Source of the DNA: a virus
Taxonomy: Duplodnaviria > Caudoviricetes
Virus record (IMG/VR): IMGVR_UViG_3300038620_000113
Coordinates: 1-60,912 of that record
Reading direction: 5' to 3' (one strand)
DNA length: 60,912 nt
Positions 49,004-58,051 of this stretch are shown in pieces (position 1 is the first letter of the stretch; every line of letters starts with the position of its first letter). A model generated the notes under the pieces. The model saw only the letters and a list, made by a program, of their open reading frames with translations, did not search any database and was not told the origin of the DNA. Position numbers and translations under genes: made by a program.

Positions 49004-50413
49004 ATGAATAAGTTAAAAGTAAACAGTTTTGATATAGTGATCGGAAATCCCCCATATATAAGGACAAAAGACATTCCTCAATACACAAAGCAACATTTAA
49101 GTTCCTCTTACGAATCAGCGACAAACTCCTATGACATCTACGTCTGCTTTATTGAAAGGAGCATGAGGCTTTTGGATAATACAGGGGATCTTGTATTTAT
49201 ACTACCGACCAAATTTTTTAATGCAGACTATGGCTTGGGTATACGCAAGTTGATATGGAGGAATCGATGGCTATATAAGGTGCTTGATTTCAAGGCTGCC
49301 CAAATGTTTGAGTCCTCAACAAATTATACCTGTATTCTTCATCTCAAAAGCTCCTCTCAAAACAGCTATCAATATACAAGCTTCGGCAGCAATCCTTCAA
49401 AAGAAACCTTTATTGCCTATATCAATGACGCTCGTATTGATCATCAAACTATAGAAGAATTTACTGATAATACTTCTAAGCTGACAGAGGGCTATTGGTA
49501 CTTTATTCCTCCTGATAAGAGGCCCGTGTTTAGCAAGATGGAAAGAATGGGAGTTACCTTAGAGGGATTAACCGATGATATTTTTGTGGGACTCCAAACG
49601 AGTGCAGACCCTATATATATACTAGAAAAGACAAAGCAAGGGTATTATTATTCGAAATACCTGGAAGCCCATGTAGCACTGGAAGACGAATTTATGCGCC
49701 CCTTGCTTCGGGGCGGCGAGATTCAACGCTACAAAGTAGATTTTCAGAATCAGTGCATTATTTTTCCCTACCATATCAATGGCAACCGCGCCAGTTTGAT
49801 CCCGGCAAATGAGCTCCAGCAAAACTATCCGTTTGTATGGGATTATCTGTGCCGCTGCGAAGAGAAACTACGAGGCCGCGAGCAAGGGAAAATGGATCAT
49901 GAAGGCTGGTATGGGTTTGGTAGGACACAAAACATTGCGGCTTTTGGTCAATCTAAAATCATGACACAGGTGTTGGCCAGGGGAGCAGCGATGGTGCCGG
50001 ATAGAGAGGGGATGTACCGCTTCGTAGGGGGTGGCAACGCAGGCGGGTATGGCATCGTACTAAGACAGGATGCGGGTATTTCCTATGAATGTTTGGTAGC
50101 GCTGCTTAATAGCAAATTGCTGGAAACCTATCTACAGTATCATTCTAGCCTATTCCGGGGTGGCTATTATTCTTACTCAAAGCGGTACTTGAAGGAACTG
50201 CCTATAGTTATTCCAAACGAGGAGCTACAGGCTTATCTAGCAGCTCGTGTCAATAGCATACTTACCAAAAAGACACAAGATCGTGATACAACTGCCGAAG
50301 AACAAGAGATCGACCGCTTAGTCTACCAGCTCTATAGGCTGACTTATGATGAAGTTTTGGTAATTGATCCCGAACCGCCCTTTAGCCGGGAAGCATACAA
50401 CAACAATAATTAA
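49004..50413 (+). CDS. methyltransferase C-terminal part with target-recognition domain
   Basis: FDIVIGNPPY; TaqI-C-like LNSKL..YY.Y..YL..LPI; higher GC than flanks. Confidence 0.85.
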   Translation: MNKLKVNSFDIVIGNPPYIRTKDIPQYTKQHLSSSYESATNSYDIYVCFIERSMRLLDNTGDLVFILPTKFFNADYGLGIRKLIWRNRWLYKVLDFKAAQMFESSTNYTCILHLKSSSQNSYQYTSFGSNPSKETFIAYINDARIDHQTIEEFTDNTSKLTEGYWYFIPPDKRPVFSKMERMGVTLEGLTDDIFVGLQTSADPIYILEKTKQGYYYSKYLEAHVALEDEFMRPLLRGGEIQRYKVDFQNQCIIFPYHINGNRASLIPANELQQNYPFVWDYLCRCEEKLRGREQGKMDHEGWYGFGRTQNIAAFGQSKIMTQVLARGAAMVPDREGMYRFVGGGNAGGYGIVLRQDAGISYECLVALLNSKLLETYLQYHSSLFRGGYYSYSKRYLKELPIVIPNEELQAYLAARVNSILTKKTQDRDTTAEEQEIDRLVYQLYRLTYDEVLVIDPEPPFSREAYNNNN

Positions 50414-50444
50414 TCATAAATAAATATGAAAAGAATCCAAAAAT

Positions 50445-50981
50445 TTGAGTTCCAAAAGCCAAACAAATCCAAACCCCCCTAAAAAGTTTGGAAATACCAA
50501 ACAAGGATATTTCCATCCCGAAAACCCCGATAAGTATATTGGTGAAAAAAATAATATAATTTTTCGTTCCAGTTGGGAACATCGGTTCATGCGTTATGTT
50601 GATAAACATCCACGTGTTATTGCATGGACTTCGGAACCAGATCTTCAAATAAAGTATTTTCATCCTATAAAAAAGAAAGAAGCTAAATACTATCCAGACT
50701 TTTTAATGCGTGTTCAATATGATGATGGTAATACACAAGATTACCTAGTTGAAATTAAACCGAAAAAGTATTATCCTCACACATTACCAAATGGCAAAAT
50801 TTACAAACCAGTTTTTGAAGGTCGAAAAACAAAAAAGAAACTTGAAAATTACAATTATCAATTAGAACAATATCTTATCAACAATGAAAAAATGAAAGCA
50901 GCTAAAGCCCTATGCAATAGAATGGGCAAAGAGTTTCTTATTGTTGATGAAGACTGGATTGAAAATCATTCACTAAATTAA
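50445..50981 (+). CDS. head completion nuclease (T4 gp4/TnsA-like)
   Basis: NPDKYIG, FRSSWE, YYPDF, VEIKP. Confidence 0.8.
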   Translation: MSSKSQTNPNPPKKFGNTKQGYFHPENPDKYIGEKNNIIFRSSWEHRFMRYVDKHPRVIAWTSEPDLQIKYFHPIKKKEAKYYPDFLMRVQYDDGNTQDYLVEIKPKKYYPHTLPNGKIYKPVFEGRKTKKKLENYNYQLEQYLINNEKMKAAKALCNRMGKEFLIVDEDWIENHSLN

Positions 50982-51001
50982 AAAAATCAACTACTAAAAT
51001 T

Positions 51002-52006
51002 ATGAAAATGACACAAGACAACAAACCAAAAATTTTACAAGAAAATAAAGATCGATTTGTAATCTTTCCAATCAAACATTACGACATATGGGATTATTAT
51101 AAGCGCCAAACTGCTGCATTCTGGACTGCTGAAGAACTTGATTTAGAAACCGATGTAAAAGATTGGCGTGAAAAACTTAATGACAATGAACGTTATTTTA
51201 TAAAACATATACTTGCCTTTTTTGCAGCATCTGATGGAATCGTTAATGAAAACCTTGCTGTAAACTTTTACAATGAAGTCCAGTATCCTGAAGCCCGTAA
51301 TTTTTATGCTTCACAAATTTTTATTGAGGGAATTCATGGTGAAGTATATTCACTGTTCATAGATACATACATAGAAGAAGAAAACGAAAAACAACAACTC
51401 TATCAAGCACTTGAAAACATTGATTCTGTTCAGAAAAAAGGAAATTGGGCAATTAAATGGATTGAAAGCGAAAACTTCATTGAACGATTAATTGCATTTG
51501 CAGTTGTAGAGGGTATATTTTTCTCAGGTAGTTTCTGTTCAATCTTTTGGATGAAACAACGTGGATTGCTACCTGGGTTGGCACAAGCTAATGAGCTTAT
51601 ATCACGTGATGAAGGACTACATGCAAGTTTTGCTTGTATGCTTTACAATAATCATATTGAAGATGAATTTAAGCTACCAAAATCTCGAATTCATGAAATT
51701 GTTTCAGAAGCTGTTGAAATTGAAAAAGAATTTATCAGCGAGTCACTTCCAGTTAATTTGATTGGCATGAATGCCAAATTAATGAAACAATACATTGAAT
51801 TTGTAACTGACAGGCTTTTGGATGATCTTAACTTGGAACCAATGTTCGGATCTAAAAATCCATTTGACTTTATGGAAAACATCGGACTCGAAGGCAAAAC
51901 AAACTTCTTTGAGCGCCGCGTAACAGAATACAAAGTTTTTGACCCTGATAATGCTACAGGCAAAAATTCTGAATCTGAAGAAGAAGGAATGGTTGAGGAT
52001 TTTTAA
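51002..52006 (+). CDS. nrdB: ribonucleotide reductase class Ia beta subunit
   Basis: [38 protein letters not shown]. Confidence 0.96.
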   Translation: MKMTQDNKPKILQENKDRFVIFPIKHYDIWDYYKRQTAAFWTAEELDLETDVKDWREKLNDNERYFIKHILAFFAASDGIVNENLAVNFYNEVQYPEARNFYASQIFIEGIHGEVYSLFIDTYIEEENEKQQLYQALENIDSVQKKGNWAIKWIESENFIERLIAFAVVEGIFFSGSFCSIFWMKQRGLLPGLAQANELISRDEGLHASFACMLYNNHIEDEFKLPKSRIHEIVSEAVEIEKEFISESLPVNLIGMNAKLMKQYIEFVTDRLLDDLNLEPMFGSKNPFDFMENIGLEGKTNFFERRVTEYKVFDPDNATGKNSESEEEGMVEDF

Positions 52007-52032
52007 GTAAAACTAATTTTAATGTCATTTGC

Positions 52033-52090
52033 AAACCCCACTTTAGTAGTGGGGTTTTATTTTGTGAAATAAATAAATAAAAAAACTATT
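52033..52090 (+). terminator. terminator + late promoter block (repeated at 53538-53597)
   Basis: AAACCCCAC..GTGGGGTTTT, then ATTTTGTGAAA..AATAAATA. Confidence 0.75.
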
Positions 52091-52438
52091 ATGAATAGAA
52101 AAACAAAATTACCTACATTTAACCAATTTATTAGTGAAAATCGTCATTTTGGACCTGATTCATTTCATTCAGGTTTTAAAAGCTATTTTGAAATGAATGT
52201 TGGAACAGATTATGGTTCTTTTGAATATAAGAGTGAGAAAGATCTTGCTTTTGATTTAGATATAAGAGTAGATGCAGTTAAAAAAATGGTTGACTATCTT
52301 TTAGAACTTGTTGATAGCAATAAAGCAGTTAAAAGTAAAGAGGCGCGTGTTATCGCATTAAATTACTTAGCGGATCTCGATGAAGATAGTCTGGATAGAT
52401 TAATAGACAAAGCTTACTTTTCAGATATTAAACTTTAA
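52091..52438 (+). CDS. putative internal head protein
   Basis: leader TKLPTFNQFISE. Confidence 0.6.
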   Translation: MNRKTKLPTFNQFISENRHFGPDSFHSGFKSYFEMNVGTDYGSFEYKSEKDLAFDLDIRVDAVKKMVDYLLELVDSNKAVKSKEARVIALNYLADLDEDSLDRLIDKAYFSDIKL

Positions 52439-52478
52439 CAATTTTTAAATAAATAAATAAAAAAAAAAAACAACAATT

Positions 52479-53504
52479 ATGAATAGAAACACAAAATTAC
52501 AAGAAGGTAAAATTCCATCATTTACTGAATTTACTAAAATGAATGAAAATTTTATGGATAAACCTATTGATAAATTAGTAGATGCTATTTATTCTGCTGC
52601 AGGGGGTTATCTTCATCTTCCAGAACGGAAACGTATTAAAATAGATGGTGAATATTATGGTGTTAATCAACCCCTTTCTTTGAATGAAAATGTCCTTGAG
52701 GCGTTAACTATGTTTATATATCGTCAAATAGACACCGTAGAAAGAAATATAGAAAGTGTACTGGATGCTTATTTGTTATCACAATTTATTTATATAAGAA
52801 CTAACTACCTATATAATATAGCTGAAGAGGGAAAAACTAAATCTGAATTAAAAGAGATACGTGAATTTGTAAAAGAAAAAAGAAATCGTTTTCGTATTCA
52901 AGATGCAAAAATAAGCAAGAAGAATACTCTTGATGACATTGCGAGACATGATAAAATGAGACATGATAAAATTAAGCGCCAGCTAAACAGCCCCGGGATT
53001 TCTCGTAAAAGCAAGCGTGCTGGTGGAAATGCCTTTAGTAAAAAATATTTACTAGGTAAAAATTTTTGGGATGATAGGCTTTCTAAATATAATGAAAAAG
53101 AAGTTGAAGTAAAACCAAGTTTTATTAAAGATGAATTAGGAATAAGTATACTATCCGACTATGCTGCACCCAATCCTAAAATAGGTCCAGAACAAGGTGA
53201 AAAATTCGATTATTTTATAACAGGTAAGGTAGTTCTTGAAAACAAGAAAGGAGATAAATCATCTTACAACTTTGATGGTGAATTTATTAAAATGCCTTTT
53301 GAAGATTACCTCCCAGAAGATCAAAAAGCAACCCTTAGTATAACATCTGCATACCCCTTTGTAAAAGAGTTAGTAGTATTCGGTATAGAAACCGACAACT
53401 TCGGTACAAAGAATACCATTGTAGACGCTCTGGTAGGGGTAGCTAGAGAATACGAAGAAAAAATAATGAATACATTTTTAGATGAATATAATGTAGAAAC
53501 ATAA
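52479..53504 (+). CDS. putative internal head protein
   Basis: leader GKIPSFTEFTKMNE. Confidence 0.6.
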   Translation: MNRNTKLQEGKIPSFTEFTKMNENFMDKPIDKLVDAIYSAAGGYLHLPERKRIKIDGEYYGVNQPLSLNENVLEALTMFIYRQIDTVERNIESVLDAYLLSQFIYIRTNYLYNIAEEGKTKSELKEIREFVKEKRNRFRIQDAKISKKNTLDDIARHDKMRHDKIKRQLNSPGISRKSKRAGGNAFSKKYLLGKNFWDDRLSKYNEKEVEVKPSFIKDELGISILSDYAAPNPKIGPEQGEKFDYFITGKVVLENKKGDKSSYNFDGEFIKMPFEDYLPEDQKATLSITSAYPFVKELVVFGIETDNFGTKNTIVDALVGVAREYEEKIMNTFLDEYNVET

Positions 53505-53537
53505 TAATAGTTAGATACCAACTTTAGTATAAGCCAT

Positions 53538-53597
53538 AAACCCCATTATTAAAGTGGGGTTTTTTATTTTGTGAAAAAAATAAATAAAAAAACTTTT
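53538..53597 (+). terminator. terminator + late promoter block, copy 2
   Basis: AAACCCCAT..GTGGGGTTTT, ATTTTGTGAAA..AATAAATA. Confidence 0.75.
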
Positions 53598-54243
53598 ATG
53601 AATTACTATAAACTAAAAACTTTTACAGAGTTTGTTAATGAAAGTAATACATCATCTCTTTTAAAAAATAAAAAACAAGAATTTCTTAAAAACGAATACT
53701 TAAAAAAACTTTTTAATGAACTCAATGAAAAATATTAGAATGGTAAATTAGAGATGCCAGTAAAGGGGTTTAAAGTTGGTTCTATGAAAAATATACTTGC
53801 TTACACAAGACCAAGAGGAAATCAAAATGTACAATTTAGATCCCAAATATAGACATTGGCATATTAGTAATATAGAATTTAGTGATGACAAGTTAAAAAA
53901 ACCAAGACTTGTTATTGTAATGGAACCAAATAAAGATGGATATGATATTTTATTGGGTCAAATTAATTATGAAAAAGCAAAAGAATTATCAAATTTACAT
54001 AAGATAATGTCTATAGTAGAAAATCTTAAGAAAAAAAATAAAAATTCTGAATTCACACTTTATAAATCATGGGAAGGTCAACTCTCTAAATATCCACTTC
54101 AAAGAACTGTAAATCAATTAAAGCTTTTCAAAGCTCATAATGACAAAACTTTATAGAAAAATTTTTATGAAAATTCTGAAAAAGTATCATTAGAAGAACT
54201 TAAAAAAGATGCAAAAATTTCAGGAAAGGGCTCTATAAAATAA
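53598..54243 (+). pseudogene. decayed internal-head-protein gene
   Basis: leader MNYYKLKTFTEFVNE, two premature TAGs and a frameshift; includes ORF 53797..54156. Confidence 0.55.
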
Positions 54244-54259
54244 AACAATTTTTTAATAC

Positions 54260-54290
54260 TTGACATTGGCTTTATTATTTTTTATCTTTG
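54260..54290 (+). promoter_or_regulatory. early promoter
   Basis: TTGACA-N17-TATCTTTG. Confidence 0.7.
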
Positions 54291-54326
54291 ATTTCAACAA
54301 GTTAAAAATCAATTACACACAGGTTT

Positions 54327-55466
54327 ATGCTAAACATACAAAAGCTTATTCAAGAGAAAGGAATTGATGAAGCAACTAGTGAGTTGGGAGTTGAATATCG
54401 AGATTACGGGCACAAGATTATACTTGCCTATAATCAACTTGAATCGGACTTTGATAATCCAGCAACTCATGAGTGTCGTGGATTGGTTCTTGAAAAGGAA
54501 ACATTAAATGTGATGTCCTTTCCACTTTATAAATTTTTTAATGCTGGTGAAAAACATGCTGCTACTTTGGATTGGAGTAGTGTAAGTGTTTTGAAAAAGT
54601 ATGATGGAACAATGATTCATATTTACTATGATTGGATTATTGATGATTGGTGTGTAGCAACCACTCGAACTGCCAATGCTGAAGGTGCATCTACTAACTT
54701 TTCTTCTTTTGAAAGTCTTTTTAAGTACGCTCTTGAAAGGATGGGTCTCTCATGGAACAGCCTAAAAAATGAAAAGTTACAAAAAGGATATACCTATGTA
54801 TTTGAGCTTTGTACACCTTACAATATTATTGTAACACCGCACCCCACTTCACAAGTTTATCTTTTAACAATAAGAGATTTGTTTAACAATCAAGAACAAA
54901 ATCTTGAAATTGTTAGGCATGTAGCAGAAATAGATCTGGGAGTTTATCCTCCTGCTTCTTATGATTTGTTAAATCGTCAAGAAATTGAACAGGCAGCATC
55001 CAATCTTCCTTTTGATGATGAAGGATATGTAGTTGTTGACAAAAACTTTGACAGGGTAAAGATAAAAAATCCAGCCTATGTTGCCACTCATCATCTCACT
55101 ACTTCTCAGGCTGAATGGCGAATTATGGATATTGTTAAACAGGGAGAAGTTGAAGAATTCATTGCTTGTTTTCCTGAAAGGCAAAATGAAATTCGTAAAT
55201 TAGAAAACTATTACAATTGGCTAGTTGAAACTTTAGAACGGGTTTTAGAGGAAGTTTATCATACATCCGAATATGCTCAATGGATAGATAAACCCAGTCG
55301 CAAACCTTTAGCCCTTTGGCTTAAAGAACGCTTGAATCGCGAAGGTTTAATATCTTGGATGGGAATTATCTTTTCTATTTTAGACGGCAAAAACAGTAAA
55401 AGCATCAAGCAACAGGTTAGAGAACAGAACAGTCGGGATATTTACAAGTTCTTAAAATCTTTTTAA
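54327..55466 (+). CDS. RNA ligase (T4 Rnl1-like)
   Basis: ECRGLV, KFFN, KYDGT, FE, EGYVV, RVKIK. Confidence 0.9.
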   Translation: MLNIQKLIQEKGIDEATSELGVEYRDYGHKIILAYNQLESDFDNPATHECRGLVLEKETLNVMSFPLYKFFNAGEKHAATLDWSSVSVLKKYDGTMIHIYYDWIIDDWCVATTRTANAEGASTNFSSFESLFKYALERMGLSWNSLKNEKLQKGYTYVFELCTPYNIIVTPHPTSQVYLLTIRDLFNNQEQNLEIVRHVAEIDLGVYPPASYDLLNRQEIEQAASNLPFDDEGYVVVDKNFDRVKIKNPAYVATHHLTTSQAEWRIMDIVKQGEVEEFIACFPERQNEIRKLENYYNWLVETLERVLEEVYHTSEYAQWIDKPSRKPLALWLKERLNREGLISWMGIIFSILDGKNSKSIKQQVREQNSRDIYKFLKSF

Positions 55467-55489
55467 CATTAAAAATATATATGTAAAAA

Positions 55490-55729
55490 ATGTTTAGTAT
55501 AATACTAACCATAATCGGAATCTACTTTATTATTGGAATTTCAATGTTTTTTCATAATTTATACACCGTTATAAGGGATTGGATATTCCACCCAAATGAA
55601 AAAACTAATCATAACTTGATTTATATAGCCGAAGATATAAAGAATAAGAACTTAATAAAGTCACCTTCTTTTTGGTTAGACTCTATTTTACTTGTTCCTT
55701 TTTGGATTTTAACTTTTATTAAAATTTAA
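55490..55729 (+). CDS. small membrane protein
   Basis: hydrophobic termini. Confidence 0.5.
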   Translation: MFSIILTIIGIYFIIGISMFFHNLYTVIRDWIFHPNEKTNHNLIYIAEDIKNKNLIKSPSFWLDSILLVPFWILTFIKI

Positions 55730-55797
55730 GCTATACTGCTAGACACACAAAATTTCATTATTACATTAATTTAATTTCCATTAACTAAAAGAATAGT

Positions 55798-55902
55798 ATG
55801 ATATTTTACCACGAAACATTATTATTAATAGTAGTATCTATTGTTGGTTTAGCTGTAGTAATCAAAATACTTTTAACTATATTTAAAAACAAAAACAAAT
55901 AA
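55798..55902 (+). CDS. possible 34-aa single-helix membrane peptide
   Basis: MIFYHETLLLIVVSIVGLAVVIKILL.. Confidence 0.35.
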   Translation: MIFYHETLLLIVVSIVGLAVVIKILLTIFKNKNK

Positions 55903-55907
55903 CTTTT

Positions 55908-56300
55908 ATGATTAATAAGCACATTGAAAATTTAGAAAATGAATTAAAAAGACAAATAGAAAAGTGGGGGATAAAAGATCATCCTTCTACAACTTCAGGT
56001 AGAAATATTGAAAAAGATAGAATTCATAATTATTATGAAATTCCTTCTGAAGAAAGAGCAAAATATCTTCTTGGTAAAGCTGAAAAAGAGGGAAATCTAT
56101 CATGGTCGCACATAGCTATTGAAGAATTATCAGAAGCTATTGCAGAACCTGATCCATCTAAAAGATATGAAGAAGTTTGTCAACTTGCTTGTGTTTGTTT
56201 AAATTGGATGGATAGTATTTTTAGAAAAGAAATACCCGATTCTGAAAAAGAATTTAATCAAAACACAAATAACAATCTTCCATTAGAGCCTAACTGCTAA
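55908..56300 (+). CDS. MazG-like all-alpha NTP pyrophosphohydrolase
   Basis: WSHIAIEELSEA..EEVCQLACVC..W. Confidence 0.6.
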   Translation: MINKHIENLENELKRQIEKWGIKDHPSTTSGRNIEKDRIHNYYEIPSEERAKYLLGKAEKEGNLSWSHIAIEELSEAIAEPDPSKRYEEVCQLACVCLNWMDSIFRKEIPDSEKEFNQNTNNNLPLEPNC

Positions 56301-56551
56301 ATTTAATCAGATTACTGTTTTACACTTTCAGTTCATTGAAAAGTAATATTGTAGTATTTTTGCTGAAAAAGAAATTCTAAATTGGAAAAAAGAAGATAAT
56401 CTTTATGTATTTGGAAATTACGACAATGATAAAAGTTCACTAAAAGATAGTATTGACCTTTCAAAAATTAATGGTCAAAATGGAAATACTGACTATGATG
56501 AAGATGCAGTTTTAGAAGACGAAGATGATAATGGAGATATAACTTTTTAAG

Positions 56552-58039
56552 TTACCCATAATTTGCAATATTTACAACCTGTCTTTCTTCTACTATATCA
56601 CTGCTTAAAAAGAGTGCTTGTGATGGCTCATTTGGATGGATAAATGATTCTTCATCTCCGTAGTCTATAAAGCCATTTATTCCTGCTTTCTTAAAAACAC
56701 TTGAACTGATTCGACTTACGGGACTATTGGATTCCACATAATGACTAACTAACATGACGGCTGTGTACAAAAACGGAACATAGTATTCATCTTCACCGTT
56801 TTCAATATTTTCAATGAGATCATGAAGCTTTTCATAAATATAGGGCAACTTAAAGTTATGAGCAACAGGTTCAAAACTTTCTAATCTTCTAATAGTGGTT
56901 TTAAATTCTTCAGATATAGGGTCATCTATATAATTTAAAAAGTTAGGATCGAATTCATAATCTTTTTTTGAAAGTTCTTTAGAAATTTTGTTTAAATAAT
57001 TTTTAACGGTTTCTTTATCTGAACCATATGATATAATTGAATCATCTTTTTTAATTTTTATAAATTCTATGTAATTTGAACTGGGAACAAAAGGAAATAC
57101 ATCTGATGCCACATAATCAAAGAAAAATCTGTTAATTAATTTTGATGATAATATTTTAATAACTTTTTCATTCAAATTAAAATAGTTTTGGATTACATCA
57201 AAATAATCTTTGATAATCTTTTTATAACTTTTTTTTAAATTTCGACTTATACCTTTCTGTCTTTCATGTAAGCTATAAGTCTTATCAAAATAAAGTTTTA
57301 ACAGAAATAGATTTGGAATTCCTGTATAATCATCATATGGATAACTTGATACAAAAACTTTTTCATTATCTTCAGTTGTTATGTGAAAACTTATTTCACA
57401 ACTAAAATTTGAAAAGTCTAAATCTTTTAAGTTGGCAGTTAAATATTTACGTTTACCACCTAAACTTTGTATTTCTTTATAAAGATTTCTTTTCCTAGAG
57501 TTTGTACTGGTATCTTCAAAATTTAATATATTTAAGGTTTTTTTATAATCTTCAAGTAAAGTTTTATACAAATCTTTATATGGAGAAACCCCTTTTATTT
57601 TTAATACTTCATTTTGGAAGTTCTCATAAACTTCACTTAAAATATTATCTATATTTTTTATTTCTAATAAGTTTACTTCTGGTACTTGCTTAATAACTTT
57701 TGAATTTGGTTCAATAAGTTTTTTAGGAACTAATTCATATCCTTTTATTACATTATAAATATCTATAAACGGTTTTAGACTTAAATTTTTGTCTACTCCA
57801 GTCTCTCTTAAATAGTTTACCGCTGGATATGAATAGTATCCCGCTGGTGTGTTATATGCTGTATTGTAATTTATAAAATTGGTGGTCAGTTTATCCCTAA
57901 ATGATAAAAACCAGTTTTTCAAATTATCTTCTAAATTTATTTTTTGAATAATATCAACAATACTTACTTTATCTTGTACATTTTTATCGGGGTTTCTTCG
58001 CTTTTCTGCTATGTAATTTTCAAAACTTTTAATTTTCAT
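56552..58039 (-). CDS. ART-like head-packaged paralog 3
   Basis: SFENYIAE-KRRNP, WFLSFR, TPAGYYSYP, GINGFID, IHPNEPSQA. Confidence 0.5.
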   Translation of the reverse strand: MKIKSFENYIAEKRRNPDKNVQDKVSIVDIIQKINLEDNLKNWFLSFRDKLTTNFINYNTAYNTPAGYYSYPAVNYLRETGVDKNLSLKPFIDIYNVIKGYELVPKKLIEPNSKVIKQVPEVNLLEIKNIDNILSEVYENFQNEVLKIKGVSPYKDLYKTLLEDYKKTLNILNFEDTSTNSRKRNLYKEIQSLGGKRKYLTANLKDLDFSNFSCEISFHITTEDNEKVFVSSYPYDDYTGIPNLFLLKLYFDKTYSLHERQKGISRNLKKSYKKIIKDYFDVIQNYFNLNEKVIKILSSKLINRFFFDYVASDVFPFVPSSNYIEFIKIKKDDSIISYGSDKETVKNYLNKISKELSKKDYEFDPNFLNYIDDPISEEFKTTIRRLESFEPVAHNFKLPYIYEKLHDLIENIENGEDEYYVPFLYTAVMLVSHYVESNSPVSRISSSVFKKAGINGFIDYGDEESFIHPNEPSQALFLSSDIVEERQVVNIANYG

Positions 58040-58051
58040 AGTTGTTTTTTT

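Noticed and set aside
56347-56550. Open frame without a start codon (acidic tail)
   Set aside because: Preceded by an in-frame stop, no recognisable motif; at most a gene remnant
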